Source: Diadema antillarum (taxonomy: Eukaryota). From it: DNA of 64,000 nt. The stretch's first letter is position 1. Each line of letters begins with the position of its first letter. The DNA lies in assembly GCF_040938485.1 (NCBI RefSeq), contig NW_027271069.1, forward strand, positions 4,092,001 to 4,156,000, read 5' to 3'. The notes under the pieces are model-generated. The model ran no database searches. It was not told where the DNA came from and saw only the letters and a list, made by a program, of their open reading frames with translations. Below are positions 61,177 through 64,000 of the stretch, in pieces. The position numbers and the translations under genes were made by a program.

Positions 61177-63411
61177 CATTATTATTATTATTATTATTAC
61201 TTTATTATTTTATCAATGGTTTAAAAACAACTACCATAGCACCCGACAGGCAGAATTGAGGTAGTTTACAGTGACAAAATATATACGTATACTGCCGATA
61301 TCGATAAATCAAAAGTAGATGGATTTTGTTACATGTATAAGGTAAGTTTGGATTCAAAGTCTTGAATGATGAACAAAAGATGGTGCATGCAGCGGATTAA
61401 GAAAAATTGACTGATTTTACAGCGCGAGAGCTATGCCGATTGGAATATCAGGGGAAATTAGCTTTTGACATAATCACAACAGCTCTCGTCTAGAGGTACA
61501 TAAAGTCTTATGTATACACCCCCGCGAGTGCTATTACTTTGCATGCAAACATAAAATGAATCAGATCGTAACATAGTAAAAACCATGCCGAGTCAAGGAG
61601 TACATTAACCTTGTCTTGCATACTCTGAAGTTTCTAATTTTTTCGTTAAATTTACTCGATTATTGAATATCCACCGATGAATAAGTAGGCCTACTTATAA
61701 AACCGATAGCAAAATCTATCTTGGTAAAATTTGTATAGTTGATAAAGGCTGAATTGGGGTTAGAAAATTATTTAGAACTAAATAATTTTCGTTACAAAAC
61801 CTTGCTGAATAATTATGATAGCGGTTTTCTGTGCATCATATCCGGGGACAGATTTCTTGACATAGTGTAGAAAACGACTAAAATTATTTGTTGAATCATT
61901 TTGTTGCTGTTTGTATTCCAGCAGATGACCAGCCGGGAATAAAGAAGAAATAAACAAAAACAACCGATTGTCATATTATAGACAATTGCTCATCTCGCTC
62001 AATTTCGAGGAACTGCTTTGGGCTCTACAAACTGAGCTCTATTTCTCCCTTTTTGGTATTTACCGGTAGAATAGTATATACCTCTACGTTTATTATGCAT
62101 TGTGATGCAATCTATGTATTCAATTTAAGTACAATATATTATGTTTCTGCTGGAAATGAAAAAAAAAAATGAATGAATGAATGAATGAATGAATGAATGA
62201 ATGAATGAATGAATGAATGAATGAATACCAATGAGTTAGTATACAGGTATAGGAGCTGTCATAGACGGATAAAATAAATGTCCACCTGTTCCATTCTGTG
62301 TGACATCATCTCGTTCTCCTCCTCCAGTTGCTGGAGACTTTGCATCAGCTTCTCTGCCTCCACCTGTGTCATGTTGCCATGGGTGATGTGGGAGGACTCA
62401 TTGGGACCAGCAGCATAGTGTTGCCAATCACCACAATGTACACCTGTACTTCCGATGAATCAGTTAAAGTGACGAACAGCGCTCTCAGAATAAACTTTGC
62501 TTAGTACAAAACAGACCGTTCGCTGCTTTTCACAATAAAGCTGAATTTCAATTTGTCAATGATGATCTCTTTTGCTATTTCCAGATTTACATATCCATTA
62601 CCTTCAAATTTCAAACCTTGACGAATTATATCCACTGAAACATCACGAGCATTGTGCAGCTTTAAAAGTATGTACTGTAATTTCATATAATAAACCATCG
62701 CTTATACACAGAGTAAACAATCCAAAGTATGTCCTTACAATAATGAACTACCTCTTATGCTAGAGGACAGATATCGTCATGTGCATCAGAATTGATTCTT
62801 CTTAATTCTCCTTTGATTTTTTTTTTGGAAATATTCTGCAGTTTATTGCAAATGCATTGCCTAATTAACTCTTCTTATTCATGACGTCAGTCATATTTTT
62901 CTCCTTTAATCTTGATCTGCTTAATCGATGACCACATTATATTTGAGGTAACCATATCTGACACATTAAACTTCCCATTGTTTCAAAGCTCAGTCTTCTT
63001 TTTTGTATGCCTGTTGAGACATGTTATAAGTGCCATTTTAAAAGAAGGCATTATGTCATTGCCTTCCATAGTCACTAAAAACGTACCCATGTGAAATCCT
63101 TTTTGTTCTTTAACGTGCTATACTGTTGTGACACTATTGGCCTACATAAAATATATCATCCTTCTCGCTCACTCGTTATGACGCTGTCATCATCGGATGC
63201 CGATTCGACACTGGTCTCGCTCAACTTGCTCACGTCTGGCGAATTGTTTATGTCGTCTGGGCTTCCATTCATGCCGTCATTCTCTTCCTCGTTCTCGTCT
63301 TCGTCTTCGTCATCTTTGTCGATATAGTCGTAATACATCTCAGGGGTAATTCCCTCTTCCGTGATCACGTCTTGATATTCTGTTTTGACTTCATCAGATG
63401 TAGGGGAAAAC
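57953..63411 (-). CDS. Internal exons of an unidentified acidic/coiled-coil host gene (5' end not found in window)
   Basis: Exons 63411-63173 (phase 2-1), 62443-62286 (1-0), 58918-58760 (0-0) and 58040-57953 (0-1) splice in frame: ..YYDYIDKDDED..SVHCGDWQHY..KLMQSLQQLEEENEMMSHRMEQ|LQSELAAEIR..LEDELGDVILLLGRVREM|NLSKRSLGRILFDIV.. Confidence 0.7.
61120..61205. repeat. (ATT)n microsatellite
   Basis: Direct reading. Confidence 0.95.
62169..62225. repeat. (GAAT)n microsatellite
   Basis: Direct reading. Confidence 0.95.
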
Positions 63412-64000
63412 CTGATGGATAAAGATTAGCGACGGTAAGTTGTGTTTGCTTGTTGTTAGAGTTGTTTTTTTTTTTGAAGCACGTGATGAAATATTCATCG
63501 TTGCTATCTAAAGTATGTAAGCACTAAAAAGGCCATGTTACTTTCATATCATGGTCATGATCATATATCATCCAGGACGACCAGGTATCTTAATATAGCT
63601 ATTCAATATTATAGCTATTCAAGTTTAAGAAGAACGTCTTTCGGTAGCGCATCACAGCAAATGAATCCAGCGCCAAACGTCGACGAGACTTACAATGCTT
63701 TTATGCCTCCATTTGCACTATTTTGGGTAATATTCTCAATGAGGAATAGACAAAATTCTCCTTGAACTGGCGTAGCATTGATATAATGATAGTATTTACA
63801 ACTTTTTTTAACATTCATAAGACAGAAGTTATCGATTTAGACTTGATGAAGTTCATGTGTTCTGGAAGACACTTTTTTTATTTGTAGATTCATATTCATC
63901 TGAATCTAATTAAAAATATCCCTATCCGTAGAGTCGCGGTCATCCACTAGACGTTAATGAATATAATCATGAATGTATAATGGATCGATAGCTGGATATA

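Overview
AT-rich, intron-containing invertebrate genomic DNA. Repeat style, the IL-17 exon layout and the divergent GPCR suggest an echinoderm, probably a sea urchin (inference). The left half (1-35 kb) is an immune/sensory gene neighbourhood. It holds two single-coding-exon RING/B-box/coiled-coil (TRIM-like) paralogs, each with a different lesion, a decayed LRR-like block, a decayed Ser/Thr-kinase pseudogene, a 2-exon class A GPCR, a 5'-truncated L2 LINE with an open RT frame, and an IL-17 gene with a Met-only first exon. The right half is dominated by a ~20.5 kb region (~36.5-57.0 kb) bounded by inverted ends. On the minus strand I can splice 14 canonical GT-AG exons into one open frame of 3915 nt (~1304 aa) ending in a Sola-like DDD transposase. 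Nine of these exons are tandemly amplified, symmetric phase-1 exons with acidic DDxPL motifs and a possible Tudor-like module. A coiled-coil host gene on the same strand (63.4-57.9 kb) ends its last visible exon in phase 1 just outside the element. Its transcript could skip to an orphan terminal exon at 35.0-35.3 kb or splice in frame into the transposase. Many MITEs, SINE/LINE fragments and microsatellites are present, plus one assembly gap (21570-21710). All splice models were derived by hand from splice signals and phase continuity, with no transcript evidence.
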